DNA from: a virus | Lineage: Duplodnaviria > Heunggongvirae > Uroviricota > Caudoviricetes | Length of the DNA: 38,245 nucleotides | Reading direction: 5' to 3' (one strand) | Virus record (IMG/VR): IMGVR_UViG_3300000517_000001 | Shown: positions 24,031 to 34,223 of the stretch, piece by piece | How the letters are laid out: every line of letters begins with the position of its first letter | Position numbering within the stretch: the stretch's first letter is position 1 | Program-made: the position numbers and the translations under genes | Notes under the pieces: model-generated | The model's database searches: none | Told to the model about the DNA's origin: nothing | The model's input: the letters and a program-made list of their open reading frames with translations, nothing else

Positions 24031-25653
24031 TTACCAATTCATCCAGTTATCTTGTGGGATTGGTTGGATGATCATTTCTTCTTCATCATTTCCGTCATCA
24101 TAGAATCCAAATGGAGTAAGATCGTTAATCATATCTTCTTCACTTCTTTCACGAAGTGCGGCAAGTGTATTAATATCAGTAAGGTCTTTAAAGAACGGTT
24201 GGTCAGCTAGCCAACCGTATAGTACTAGACCCATCACCAAATCGTCATGACAACCTGATTCAGCTTCGTATGAATTACCTTTACGCGAGAAAGTAGAAAG
24301 TTCTTGAATCGTATTGAAGTCATTAATGATAAGCTGATTTTGTTCAACAAGCATTTTAAGCATGTTGCAGCCAATTGCCTTAACACTCTTTGTTGTTCGA
24401 ATACCTTTATCAACATTTTTGCCAAAGCCGCCAGAAATGCGCTTGCCAGATCTACCAGCAGATTCAGTAAAAAGAATTCCTTCAACTTCAAAATCATTGT
24501 GAAGTACATCAGATACTTGTTCACCAATATCATTAATTTCTACAAGGATCAATGCTTCGTTATAGCTCTTTGTTGTTCTCCAAATGACTTCTGCATATTC
24601 CATCGGGCCGATCATATTGTCGCGGAATGTGCATACTTGTTTATACGGCATTTTTGTAGAATCAATAATATGAAATGCCGAATAATCAAGTCCTTTGCCG
24701 CGTGAAACATCAGCTACACAAATATATGTTCTACCTTTTTGTGGTTCTTCATACATAGTAAGACCACTGCGTTCTTGTAATGGAGTTTTAAATGTAAGCT
24801 CTTTGAGTTTTGAACCAACGATGAGTGTACCAGAACTACCAAGGAACTGACATTCAAATTCCTGTGCAAACTTCTCAGCGTCGTGATCCATGCCTTGAAG
24901 AGTTTCCTCGCGCCACTTTTCATCTCGACCAGGAACTCGCCACCATGGAACTTCGATGTAAATATAACCATTACGTTTTTCTTTAGCACCTTCACATGTT
25001 TTATAAAAGTGATTCAATCCATTTGGCGTTGAGGTAAATAGAATCTTTGTTGTATTACCAGAAGAAATAGTTGGGAACACAGAAGCAAAGAATTCGTCCC
25101 AGTTTTCGACAAATGCAGTCTCATCAATATATAGGAATGCAATAGATTTACCACGAATAGCAGAAGAAGATGTGGCTGCAGCAATAATCTTACAACCATT
25201 TTCAAATGCAACAGATCCTTTATTCCATTCAATTACACCTTGCTGCATCCACTTTGGTAAAGCTTCATAAGCGATTTGAATACGATCAAGAATCTCACGA
25301 GCTGCATCACCTTTGTTTGCGAGAAGAGCAACTGTCTTATGATCATTAAAAATTACATAATGTAGAATCACTGCAACAGCAGTAGTCGTCTTACCAGCCT
25401 GTCTTGATGTATTTACCGTAACTCTTCGATTGTGTGTAATTGCTTCACAAATTTCTTTTTGGTAATCATACATTCGGATTGGAATCAAGCCATGATCCAC
25501 ATGCACGATTTGAATATACTTTTCGGCAAAGTAAATCGGATCGCGAGCACACTTAAGCCACTCCTGAATCATATCAGGAGTAAATTCTATTTGTGAATTT
25601 TTACCTTTGAGATTGCTATTACCGTTATAGCCGCGCTCGAGTCTATTCGTCAT
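24031..25653 (-). CDS. gp17: Terminase large subunit
   Basis: SRQAGKTT Walker A, YIDETAF, STPNGLNHF, DVSRGKGLDYS and HDDLVM. Confidence 0.97.
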   Translation of the reverse strand: MTNRLERGYNGNSNLKGKNSQIEFTPDMIQEWLKCARDPIYFAEKYIQIVHVDHGLIPIRMYDYQKEICEAITHNRRVTVNTSRQAGKTTTAVAVILHYVIFNDHKTVALLANKGDAAREILDRIQIAYEALPKWMQQGVIEWNKGSVAFENGCKIIAAATSSSAIRGKSIAFLYIDETAFVENWDEFFASVFPTISSGNTTKILFTSTPNGLNHFYKTCEGAKEKRNGYIYIEVPWWRVPGRDEKWREETLQGMDHDAEKFAQEFECQFLGSSGTLIVGSKLKELTFKTPLQERSGLTMYEEPQKGRTYICVADVSRGKGLDYSAFHIIDSTKMPYKQVCTFRDNMIGPMEYAEVIWRTTKSYNEALILVEINDIGEQVSDVLHNDFEVEGILFTESAGRSGKRISGGFGKNVDKGIRTTKSVKAIGCNMLKMLVEQNQLIINDFNTIQELSTFSRKGNSYEAESGCHDDLVMGLVLYGWLADQPFFKDLTDINTLAALRERSEEDMINDLTPFGFYDDGNDEEEMIIQPIPQDNWMNW

Positions 25654-26032
25654 CTCGCATATCCTTTAACATCTTTTGTAATTCAGCAGTAGAACCTACA
25701 AATAAATTGTTGTTTGTGACTGCTTGCTCTTTTGGCTCGTCTTTCTTTTGTTTCTTATCAGAAAGATCTACAAGGTCTTTGTTTGCATCCATTAACGTTT
25801 TCATAATCGTAGAAACAACTTCATACGCCCGCGGGTGCTCACTTGCTTGTGCAACTCGAAGCATATCCTCAAGTGCTTCAGTACCTTTTTCAATTACGTT
25901 GTAAAAATTTTCTCGAGCATACTTGAAATCATTATCGGCATCGCTCGGCACTTCTGGCTTCTCGACTACTTCGCCTTCATATACTTCATCGAGAGGAACC
26001 ATATCTAATGATTCATCTATTTTTTTATTCAT
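25643..26032 (-). CDS. gp16: Terminase small subunit
   Basis: DFKYARENF, SEHPRAYEV and NNLFVGSTAELQKML. Confidence 0.93.
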   Translation of the reverse strand: MNKKIDESLDMVPLDEVYEGEVVEKPEVPSDADNDFKYARENFYNVIEKGTEALEDMLRVAQASEHPRAYEVVSTIMKTLMDANKDLVDLSDKKQKKDEPKEQAVTNNNLFVGSTAELQKMLKDMRDDE

Positions 26033-26829
26033 GTATTATCTATGATCGTCACAATATAGTCCCAATCATCCTCTCCATTAATATCAGCATAAGGTACAGT
26101 TTGTGTTATGTCAGTTGTTGGTTCACCATTAGCGGTTAAACCTGGCTGGACAGTAACAGTTTCAAAAGCATCATTCGCAGTAAGTGATCCATAGGAATTC
26201 ACCGTTGAGAATTTAATCACTTTTTTATCAGTAGTTGGACCAAAGTACCAACCCTTCATTGTAAAGCTGAGTGTCCAAATCAGAGCTCTACGCTCTTCAA
26301 AAGATCCTTCGTAAGTATCTTCGGTTGTAATAGAATTCAACACAATCGGAACATCCATGTAGTGTTCAAGATCATCAAGCAACTTAACAGATGGTGTAAA
26401 CTCTGGTTTAAAGAACGGAAGAATTTGTTCTATAATCTTTGTCCCATCTTCCATATATTTGGTCATAATAGCGAGTTCAAATTCAATATTATATGGTGTA
26501 GGATTTAATGCCGTCTTATATGATCCATTATCTGTAGGAATAGAAACAGAATTACGGAAGGAACTTGTAAGCTTGCGTTCACCATCGTAGTTCATCCCCA
26601 CAATTTCAAAAGAAATACGAGGAAGAAGCATTGCTGGCGCTTGCAAATTAGGATCCTGCTCGAGCTTTGCAAGAAACTTTTGCATAGGGCCATATGCAAT
26701 CGGTACCTTAATAGTTTGCTGAATTGTACCACTATTGTCACGGCGATAGATTACAAGATCATTAAAAAGTGACCCAAACATGGCTACGTAGCGTCTTGTT
26801 GTCTCGTTATAAAACCTGTTACCAAACAT
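26029..26829 (-). CDS. gp15: Tail sheath stabilizer / terminator
   Basis: FGSLFNDL, IKVPIAYGP, LPRISFE, QILPFFKP and RRALIWTLSF. Confidence 0.93.
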   Translation of the reverse strand: MFGNRFYNETTRRYVAMFGSLFNDLVIYRRDNSGTIQQTIKVPIAYGPMQKFLAKLEQDPNLQAPAMLLPRISFEIVGMNYDGERKLTSSFRNSVSIPTDNGSYKTALNPTPYNIEFELAIMTKYMEDGTKIIEQILPFFKPEFTPSVKLLDDLEHYMDVPIVLNSITTEDTYEGSFEERRALIWTLSFTMKGWYFGPTTDKKVIKFSTVNSYGSLTANDAFETVTVQPGLTANGEPTTDITQTVPYADINGEDDWDYIVTIIDNT

Positions 26830-27488
26830 TACCAGTTATCCTCCCCAAATGGGTTGGTTTCGCTAAAGTCCAATACAGCCTCAGCTTCTTGTTGAATTGT
26901 AAAGTTATCAGCCCATGCATCAACAGAATCAATATTAGCAAATGCTGTATTAGATGTGATATTATAATCCTGCCAACGAGTATCAATTTCCTCAATACCG
27001 GTTTGGAATCTTTCACCTGAAAACTCAAACAACTCTACTCTGAGATCATACGTTTGAAGGCTACCCATTTGATAAAAGATTGCTTCGTGTTCAACATGCA
27101 TTACTTCGAACATCTTATTGTTAAGTGGGAAGTAAATCACATCCCCTTCATTTGGTCTTACTTCTTCAGTATAACGATTTACCTCAGCATTAAATGTTCT
27201 AATAGCAACTGTAAGAGTCATACTATCACGAATTTGTAAACCAAACTTAGATAAGAAATCACCTTCACCCTCAAAGCTATCGATGTTACGAATATACATT
27301 TCGACAAGATATGCATCATTGAATGTTGAAAGGTCATCTTCGTTAAGAAGGTCATCCTTTGCTTCAAGTTTACGAGGCATATAATATACTTCGATACCAT
27401 GGATCTTAATAGACTCAATGATCAGATCCTCAATTAAGGTCTGTTCCATTGAGTTGCTATAGTTTTCGAAGTAAAAGTTTTTTGCCAT
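26829..27488 (-). CDS. gp14: Neck protein
   Basis: EQTLIEDLIIESIKIHG, EGDFLSKFG, RPNEGDVIYFP and NPFGE. The start could be 27488 or 27503. Confidence 0.92.
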   Translation of the reverse strand: MAKNFYFENYSNSMEQTLIEDLIIESIKIHGIEVYYMPRKLEAKDDLLNEDDLSTFNDAYLVEMYIRNIDSFEGEGDFLSKFGLQIRDSMTLTVAIRTFNAEVNRYTEEVRPNEGDVIYFPLNNKMFEVMHVEHEAIFYQMGSLQTYDLRVELFEFSGERFQTGIEEIDTRWQDYNITSNTAFANIDSVDAWADNFTIQQEAEAVLDFSETNPFGEDNW

Positions 27489-27495
27489 ATTTAAA

Positions 27496-28236
27496 TCATC
27501 CAATCATGTCAGTGACTGGGAGGGAGTAACTAACAATCATATCTTCTTCAAGTTTATCAATCTCTTGCTGAGCATCTTGAAGGATTTGCATACCATTAAA
27601 TGTTACACCACCAGGAAGCTGCATACCCTCAAACTTTGTAAGGTTAGTGCCCCACTGATACTTAATTTTAGCTGCTGCATAGTTTTGTAACCAACGATCC
27701 TTCCACATATCTTGATAAGTATTTGGGTCAAGAACCTGATACGCTTCCGCTACAATAAAGTTACCTACTTCAACCTTTTCCCAATCCATATCAATATGAA
27801 GTTTATTCACATGTCGGTTATATCTTATAGGTTGCTTACCAACAAGAATCTCCTCAAGGAACTGAATATGCTGCATTGCAAGATAATAGTTACTGAGATT
27901 GTAGTTGCTCAAATCATAGATTTCGTTAAGAGCAAACTGATAACGAATATTGAAAAGATTATTGGTAGAAAGAGAATCACCGATATCAAAGATATTGATT
28001 ACACCAATAATGTTTTCAGGCACAGTGATGTACTGATTATCAATGTCTGTTTGATCAAGTTCTTTTTTAAAGAACGTTTTTTCTACACCATCAAAATGAT
28101 AGTCATTCCAGTATGCAATTGCTTCGTCGATACGATCTTCAACTTGATCATCGTCGACGTTAATTTCAATAACTGGTTTACCAAGCTTACGAAGGCACCA
28201 TTGCTTAAACTGTTCTCTATTTGTTGGTTGTGCCAT
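27496..28236 (-). CDS. gp13: Neck protein
   Basis: LRKLGKPVIEINVDDDQVEDRI, KYQWGTNLTKF and LPGGVTFNG. Confidence 0.94.
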   Translation of the reverse strand: MAQPTNREQFKQWCLRKLGKPVIEINVDDDQVEDRIDEAIAYWNDYHFDGVEKTFFKKELDQTDIDNQYITVPENIIGVINIFDIGDSLSTNNLFNIRYQFALNEIYDLSNYNLSNYYLAMQHIQFLEEILVGKQPIRYNRHVNKLHIDMDWEKVEVGNFIVAEAYQVLDPNTYQDMWKDRWLQNYAAAKIKYQWGTNLTKFEGMQLPGGVTFNGMQILQDAQQEIDKLEEDMIVSYSLPVTDMIG

Positions 28237-28263
28237 TTATGCTACTCCATGGATTGTTATTTT

Positions 28264-28271
28264 TATTTATA
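28264..28271 (-). promoter_or_regulatory. T4-type late promoter (gp13)
   Basis: TATAAATA upstream of gp13. Confidence 0.8.
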
Positions 28272-28890
28272 ACAAATCAAATTCTTGATCAAACGTAACA
28301 GTGTAATCTCCTTGCATTACCTTTGCAACCGCATTTGATTCTGCATCAAAACATTTTTGTACATGGTTAAGGACAAGAGTTCCGATATCTTCTAATTCTA
28401 GATTTGTAGTTGGTCGAAATGTTAGTACATTTTCTCCATTTACAATTTTTGCGCACTTCCAAATAGAATTTTCAGTTCTTACACCCTTTTGAATTGCTAC
28501 AAGAACATTAGATATTCTATTTTGACTTTCAATAGAAGTATCAATAAACCATTGATCGCTATTTGAATCAACCCAAACCAATCCACCAGATTCTTTGTTA
28601 TAGCGATCCGATGCAATACTTTGCAAAAGAAGAGGCTCTGCTTCTTCTGCTGGTTTATCATTAATCACCCATGTTCTATACCAAGCACCATTTGATTCGG
28701 TGTACGTTTCTGTTAGTGTTTGAGTAACAGTATTATATGATGGCTGTGGTGTATCATTGCATGGATATACACCATATTCTCTTAATGTCTCCTCCGGTAT
28801 TTCCTTTGGAAAACTTACGTTTGGATTTTCGCGGCGTAATAATCCCAGTGTGTATTTTACTGCGGTGCCGTTTGTGACTTTAACAAACAT
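28267..28890 (-). CDS. DUF4376-like tail fibre assembly-associated protein
   Basis: N-terminal LRRENPNVSFP; C-terminal RYNKESGG...DTSIESQNRI...WK...HVQKCFDAE. Confidence 0.6.
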   Translation of the reverse strand: MFVKVTNGTAVKYTLGLLRRENPNVSFPKEIPEETLREYGVYPCNDTPQPSYNTVTQTLTETYTESNGAWYRTWVINDKPAEEAEPLLLQSIASDRYNKESGGLVWVDSNSDQWFIDTSIESQNRISNVLVAIQKGVRTENSIWKCAKIVNGENVLTFRPTTNLELEDIGTLVLNHVQKCFDAESNAVAKVMQGDYTVTFDQEFDLL

Positions 28891-28900
28891 ATTTTTCTCC

Positions 28901-29482
28901 TTATGCTCTTATATGATATATTGAAACTTGACTTGATCCAAGCAAGTTGACTGTTCCTGTGTTGCCTTGTTGTCCATCTGGATCTCTTCTAAAAGCAAGA
29001 CCTATTTCATCTCCGGCTGTTAGATTATATATTGTCGATAAATGAACGGACGATTCATTATGGTCGCTAGCAGATCGTATGTAACCAGAACTTCCTATTT
29101 CAGATTGGGTTGTACCATTTATGGTAAAAGCCACTTGAACGCTAGATCTTTGAACGTTTGAATCTTGCCTAATTGACGTAAAGATTAAATAGTAACCATT
29201 TTCTGGTACTGTTATACCACTGGCAGCTGAAGTGTACCCACCAATGTTAACAGATAAAGACGCAGTAACAGGAAATATATTTTTAGATGTAAAGGTGGTT
29301 GAATCATTGATTGTACTATCAGCAAACAGTGCCGCTCGTGCATGTGCATTGGCTGCCGATAAAACAAGGTCAGTTAAATTAGACCCATCACCAACAAGAG
29401 CGCCGGATACGTTTCCTGCCGCTGTTAATGTGTTAACATTAATATCATCATTGACTAGATTTAAAAGTGTTTTTTCTGCCAT
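28901..29482 (-). CDS. C1q/BclA-like beta-sandwich protein, paralog 3
   Basis: GITVPENGYYLI, FTINGT, GYIRSAS, YNLTAGDEIGLA and VSIYHI. Confidence 0.6.
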   Translation of the reverse strand: MAEKTLLNLVNDDINVNTLTAAGNVSGALVGDGSNLTDLVLSAANAHARAALFADSTINDSTTFTSKNIFPVTASLSVNIGGYTSAASGITVPENGYYLIFTSIRQDSNVQRSSVQVAFTINGTTQSEIGSSGYIRSASDHNESSVHLSTIYNLTAGDEIGLAFRRDPDGQQGNTGTVNLLGSSQVSIYHIRA

Positions 29483-30045
29483 TATCCTATCCTAAAAATT
29501 GAAACAGAACTGTTGTCGCCTTGCAAAGAAACTGTACCGCCTGCTCCTAATACACCAGTCGCAAGTCCTATTTCATCACCTGCTGTTAAATTATATATCG
29601 TATCCAAATGAAGCGAAGATCCTGAATGGTTGCTGAGGTTACGAATATAACCAGTTGCTCCTGTTTCTGCTTGTTGAGTTCCGTTAATTGTAAATTTAAT
29701 AGCTGGAGCTGGTCTTTGATCGTTTGAAAATATTTTAAAATTTACCATACACAGATATATACCATTTTCTGGTACGACTATTCCCCCGGCAGACGAAGTA
29801 AATCCGCCGTCATTATAAATCAAATCAAGTGTTGTTTTAAATGGAGAAATATTTGTAAATGGTGTTAAATTAATATTTGGCAAATTGTTTAAATCTGTTT
29901 TACAAACAAAAATCCCAAAAGATCCTCCAGGAAGATTTGTTACACCTGATCCATCGCCTGAAAATGAAGATGCAGTAATAGTTGTATTAACTTCTGCATT
30001 ATTTACAGACACATCGTCATTTAATAATTCAACGTCAGTTGCCAT
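29482..30045 (-). CDS. C1q/BclA-like beta-sandwich protein, paralog 2
   Basis: GIVVPENGIYLC, FTINGT, GYIRNLS, YNLTAGDEIGLA and VSIFRI. Confidence 0.6.
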   Translation of the reverse strand: MATDVELLNDDVSVNNAEVNTTITASSFSGDGSGVTNLPGGSFGIFVCKTDLNNLPNINLTPFTNISPFKTTLDLIYNDGGFTSSAGGIVVPENGIYLCMVNFKIFSNDQRPAPAIKFTINGTQQAETGATGYIRNLSNHSGSSLHLDTIYNLTAGDEIGLATGVLGAGGTVSLQGDNSSVSIFRIG

Positions 30046-30629
30046 TATGATATCCTATAAATGAATAAGTGACTAGTATCAGATGCTGTAGATACGAGAT
30101 TAACTGTACCAGAACTTGCGTATGAAGCAAATGCTAAGCCAATTTCATCTCCTGCTACTAGATCTAACACTCCAGTTAAAACCGACGAAGAGTCTTCATG
30201 ACCACTACCGTTACGTATATAGCTTGGCACACCTTGTAATTCTGATGCTTGGCTTGTACCATTTACTGTAAAAGTAATAGCCACAGCAGCACGCTGTACA
30301 GCAGTATTAAATCTTGTATTTGCTCCAATTATGTAAACACCATTACTTGGAACAACAATGCCAGACGTGGAGCATGTAAACCCGCCTACGTTGACCTCTA
30401 AACCTCCTGTAGTAGAAGGAAATATATTTTTTTGTACGAAAGCAGTAGAATTGTTAACAGTACTATCTGCTGAGAGATAAGCTAAAGCCGCAAATGTATT
30501 AGGAGGATTAACTGTTACATTTGTCAGCTGAGATCCATCACCTGTAAATGTGCTAGCCGTAACAGCACCTGTTGATGTTATTGAATTAACAAGTATATTT
30601 TCGTTAGATAAATTTACATCAGTTGACAT
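30045..30629 (-). CDS. C1q/BclA-like beta-sandwich protein, paralog 1
   Basis: GIVVPSNGVYII, FTVNGT, SYIRNGS, LDLVAGDEIGLA and LFIYRI. Confidence 0.6.
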   Translation of the reverse strand: MSTDVNLSNENILVNSITSTGAVTASTFTGDGSQLTNVTVNPPNTFAALAYLSADSTVNNSTAFVQKNIFPSTTGGLEVNVGGFTCSTSGIVVPSNGVYIIGANTRFNTAVQRAAVAITFTVNGTSQASELQGVPSYIRNGSGHEDSSSVLTGVLDLVAGDEIGLAFASYASSGTVNLVSTASDTSHLFIYRIS

Positions 30630-31204
30630 TAAGCACCTATTACATTTTGGCCTTGATAAAATCTCATACTGGATAACAATGATCCTGCCCAGTTTCCAGT
30701 AGAACCATTTCCTGCAATATTACCGTTAGATGTGCCCCATCCGCCGTCATCGCCCCCTGAATATTGATTGTTTTCCCAAGCTGCATTAGCTGCTGTATCT
30801 TGAGCTATAATTTCGCCGTTAAACCACAACGTAGCCCTACCATCAATCCTAAATTCCCATACTATTGTACCTGATTGTCCGGCTAAACTTGTGGCATTAA
30901 AAATAGCTTCAGCTTTCCCAGCATCAAACACACCGTTATCTGTTGCACCATCTCCTGCTCTTATAATAAAATTAGTATTGTCTGGTAGTATGCCGAGATA
31001 AGAACCTTGGCCACCACCACCAATTTCAAACAATACTCCTGCACTTAATGGATTTGGGAATGTTATTTCACCAGCGAAAACTGCATCCGTTTCGCCCGAC
31101 GTCAAATTAAATGTGTTAAAGGCAGCAGTTGTACTGGTGAGTGATAATCCTTCTTCAGGATTAAAAGCTTCACCACTAGCACTAGCTAACATCCAGTTTC
31201 TCAT
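30629..31204 (-). CDS. Beta-rich, possibly ConA/LamG-lectin-like virion protein
   Basis: GVLFEIGG, ATLWFNG and MRFY pattern; located in the fibre cluster. Confidence 0.4.
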   Translation of the reverse strand: MRNWMLASASGEAFNPEEGLSLTSTTAAFNTFNLTSGETDAVFAGEITFPNPLSAGVLFEIGGGGQGSYLGILPDNTNFIIRAGDGATDNGVFDAGKAEAIFNATSLAGQSGTIVWEFRIDGRATLWFNGEIIAQDTAANAAWENNQYSGGDDGGWGTSNGNIAGNGSTGNWAGSLLSSMRFYQGQNVIGA

Positions 31205-34191
31205 TATGCAAGTTCTCCAAGTGCGGCACCGTATAAATTAGCTCCTACTTTCCATACATGAATCACATTGATATTTGTAGTACTTAATTCAGGCGCAGTT
31301 CCTCTGGTCCAAGCTATAGTCGGCCACGTAATAGTCGCAGCAGCAGAGTTATCAATGTGAAGTGTTAGAAATTCGCCACTTGATAAACCATCAGTTGGAG
31401 TAGAGTTGCCAGGAAGTGTCCATGTAACAATAGTTCCATTTGTTGCTGCTAGTGATGGAGTAGATCCACTAAGTGTTCCTACTGTTTCAACATATTTGCC
31501 TGTACTTGTAAGTCCACCTACTGTAATTTCGTTTGTTGTAGCTGCACCTCGAGTGGTTACGCTATTCAACGTATCAGTTTCTGTTGTACTAACAGTCTCT
31601 ACGGCAGCACCTAAATCAATAATAAAATCAATTACATCACCTGTTACAGGAGCAGGGATAAATGTAATGGTTGAACCACTGATAGTAAATGCATCCCCAG
31701 GAGATTGTGTAACACCATTCAATGAAACTAATAGAGCATTAATCGATGATGGCGTATAAGCACTATTTAATACTTCAAGATTATAAGTGTCTTGCCCATT
31801 AACCACTGTAATAGGATCCAGTTTTGTGGGAAGGAAAGACCCTCCGCCACCTCCACCACCACTTGGTGTTTGAGCTTCCCAGTTTCCGGTTGTATTGTTA
31901 TAAGTTAAAACTTGCCCATCGCTAGGTGCTGCAGCATTTACATCACTTAGGCTTGTTAAGGTTTCACCTGTAATATCAGTGAGATATGTCGCTGATAAAG
32001 ATGTGTTTATTGAAACATCGGCAGTGCCATCGAAGTTTTGGTTTAAACTGCCTGTAACATCACCAGTGAGTGTAATATTTCTTGCAGTCGCTAAAGATGT
32101 GGCTGTGCTAGCATTACCAGTAACGTTTCCGGTTACATTACCTGTGAGATCACCACTCAATGTTCCTGCAGCAATATCACCAAGTACAAATGAAGGATCA
32201 GATGCATTGATGTTACCACCAATAGGGTCAGGTGCATATTCTTTAAATGCCTTGAAGGTTTCATCGGCAGTATCGAAAAAGAATCCTACGTGACTATAAC
32301 CACCGCCTGAAGCACCAGTATTACGGTTCCCCATAAATCCAATATCAACATTGGAAGGTGTTGCTGTTGCTTCCCAAGTATCGTTGAGTGTATGTCCAGT
32401 TGTTGCATTGAAGTTTGCTTTAATATTATTACTTAGTGGCTGATCATCACCGGTAATATCGACTCCAGTTGCTTCTGTTGTAGAAAAGTTATCGATAGAC
32501 CATTCAAATGTGTCAACACCACCAGTGCCAGTTCCAACACCGTCGATTCTCACATAATATGTAGTGCCTGCATCGTTACCTTCATAATAATCATTAAATA
32601 TTAAATCGTTGAGGCCAGTACCTGTAAAAGTAATATCTTCTGGTGCAATCGCATTACCACCATTGAGATAAATGATGTTATCATCAACTCGAATTGTACT
32701 CACTTGAATTGTGGATTGAGTACCGAGAATTGTAAGGTCCCCACCAATTCTCACATTACCATCAAAAGATGCATTGCCAGATGTTCTAAAGGTTTCGGCG
32801 TGGTGCTGCTGTATATCAATATAAATGCAACCATTTAGTGCATCGGATATTAAGCAAATGCCAACATCGGTCGCATAATAAGGATATGTGGGTGATGCAG
32901 TTTGAAGAGATCCAGCAGTAGGAGAAACGTGAACTCGTGCACCTTGAGTTAATCCGCTTGTGTCTACATCAAATACAATGCCGTTTACTGTGATATAACC
33001 AAAAGTTGCATTTTCGATGCTGTGTGTAGCAAGACCAACAGCACTGGCTTTTATTTCGTCGGTTGCGTCAGCAAGTGCTGCTGTTGGAATTCCGTTGATT
33101 TCACCAGAAAGATAAACCGGAGCACCATTAGGTATTGTGGAACCAGTATTATTATAAACTCTTACATATTGTTCTTGACCTATTTGTAATGTAACATCAG
33201 CTTCGTCGTTATAATAAGAAAGAGCTTTTGCTGTTTGATCGTAAAATAATGCACCTTCTTGGTATGTGGGATTTGCGGCATTATTTGGAAATTGTACTTT
33301 ACCTGCGGTTGTAAGAGAAATACCGGTAATATTACCTGCACCAATATCATTTACAGTTACATTCCCTCTTCCAGTTACAGAGGCAAGTGTATCAGATTCT
33401 GCTGTCAAGTAACTTTGAAGATCACTAATTTGAGATTCAGTAATGCTTAGTGCAGCTTGGTGTTGTGTAACAGCGCTTTCAGGAACATTAGCATCTGGAA
33501 TATTTGCCCATGTAACACTTGCAGTTAAATCATTGGTTTCACTTGTTAGATAACTTTGTAAATCACTAATTTGGGATTCGGTAATACTTAGTGCAGCTTG
33601 ATGCTGGGTTACATCATTTTGTGTTACAGAATAATTAATGTTTGTTAGATTAGCGCCATTACCGGAAAATGATGAAGCCGTCACGCCACCAGTTTCATCT
33701 ATAGTAACTGCTGTTCCTAATACACCACCTTCATAATTAGATATTGTTACTACAGAAGAATTAGCATCACCTGAAACGTTAATTTGTGCTAATGATTCGT
33801 TATTGCTTGTAAGATCTAAGTTTTCTACAAAAAGATTTGTGCCATCAAAAGTTAAATTGTCACTACCAGCAAATGATCCGTTATCATTATATTGTACTTG
33901 ATTATTACTTCCCCCAGGTACCCCACTTCCACCACTAATTGTAGTAAAAGATAAGTTGCCAGATCCGTCAGTAACAATTGCTTGACCGCTTGTACCATCA
34001 GTTGTAGGATATGTAAGACCAGAACCTGTAAAAGTACTAGTAACATTGAGATTTGCCAAAGTAAGATCGTTGCCAGTATCCGCATCTGAGGAAACTCGCC
34101 AATAACCTTTGGTTGCATCATAGATATACGTTATTTGATTTGCAACAAATAAGTCATTATCTGATGGATTTGCGGGAAAATTAATTGCCAT
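31204..34191 (-). CDS. Long tail-fibre-like structural protein
   Basis: 995 aa, T/S/G/N-rich, N-terminal MAINFPANPS adaptor-type motif, and internal repeats (VTQHQAALSITESQISDLQSYL, GNVTGN, AAPSDGQVLTYN). Confidence 0.8.
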   Translation of the reverse strand: MAINFPANPSDNDLFVANQITYIYDATKGYWRVSSDADTGNDLTLANLNVTSTFTGSGLTYPTTDGTSGQAIVTDGSGNLSFTTISGGSGVPGGSNNQVQYNDNGSFAGSDNLTFDGTNLFVENLDLTSNNESLAQINVSGDANSSVVTISNYEGGVLGTAVTIDETGGVTASSFSGNGANLTNINYSVTQNDVTQHQAALSITESQISDLQSYLTSETNDLTASVTWANIPDANVPESAVTQHQAALSITESQISDLQSYLTAESDTLASVTGRGNVTVNDIGAGNITGISLTTAGKVQFPNNAANPTYQEGALFYDQTAKALSYYNDEADVTLQIGQEQYVRVYNNTGSTIPNGAPVYLSGEINGIPTAALADATDEIKASAVGLATHSIENATFGYITVNGIVFDVDTSGLTQGARVHVSPTAGSLQTASPTYPYYATDVGICLISDALNGCIYIDIQQHHAETFRTSGNASFDGNVRIGGDLTILGTQSTIQVSTIRVDDNIIYLNGGNAIAPEDITFTGTGLNDLIFNDYYEGNDAGTTYYVRIDGVGTGTGGVDTFEWSIDNFSTTEATGVDITGDDQPLSNNIKANFNATTGHTLNDTWEATATPSNVDIGFMGNRNTGASGGGYSHVGFFFDTADETFKAFKEYAPDPIGGNINASDPSFVLGDIAAGTLSGDLTGNVTGNVTGNASTATSLATARNITLTGDVTGSLNQNFDGTADVSINTSLSATYLTDITGETLTSLSDVNAAAPSDGQVLTYNNTTGNWEAQTPSGGGGGGGSFLPTKLDPITVVNGQDTYNLEVLNSAYTPSSINALLVSLNGVTQSPGDAFTISGSTITFIPAPVTGDVIDFIIDLGAAVETVSTTETDTLNSVTTRGAATTNEITVGGLTSTGKYVETVGTLSGSTPSLAATNGTIVTWTLPGNSTPTDGLSSGEFLTLHIDNSAAATITWPTIAWTRGTAPELSTTNINVIHVWKVGANLYGAALGELA

Positions 34192-34214
34192 TTTTATCTC
34201 CTAATAATATTTAC

Positions 34215-34223
34215 TATTTATTA
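34215..34223 (-). promoter_or_regulatory. Late promoter variant (long fibre gene)
   Basis: TAATAAATA beginning on the upstream stop codon. Confidence 0.55.

Noticed and set aside
24031-25653. Intein or intron in the terminase or other core genes
   Set aside because: Lengths and motif spacing are continuous, with no splicing motifs or interrupting endonuclease ORFs.
28901-30629. Diversity-generating retroelement template/variable repeats among the three paralogs
   Set aside because: The paralogs differ at all base types, not only adenines, all are intact ORFs, and no reverse transcriptase is in the window.
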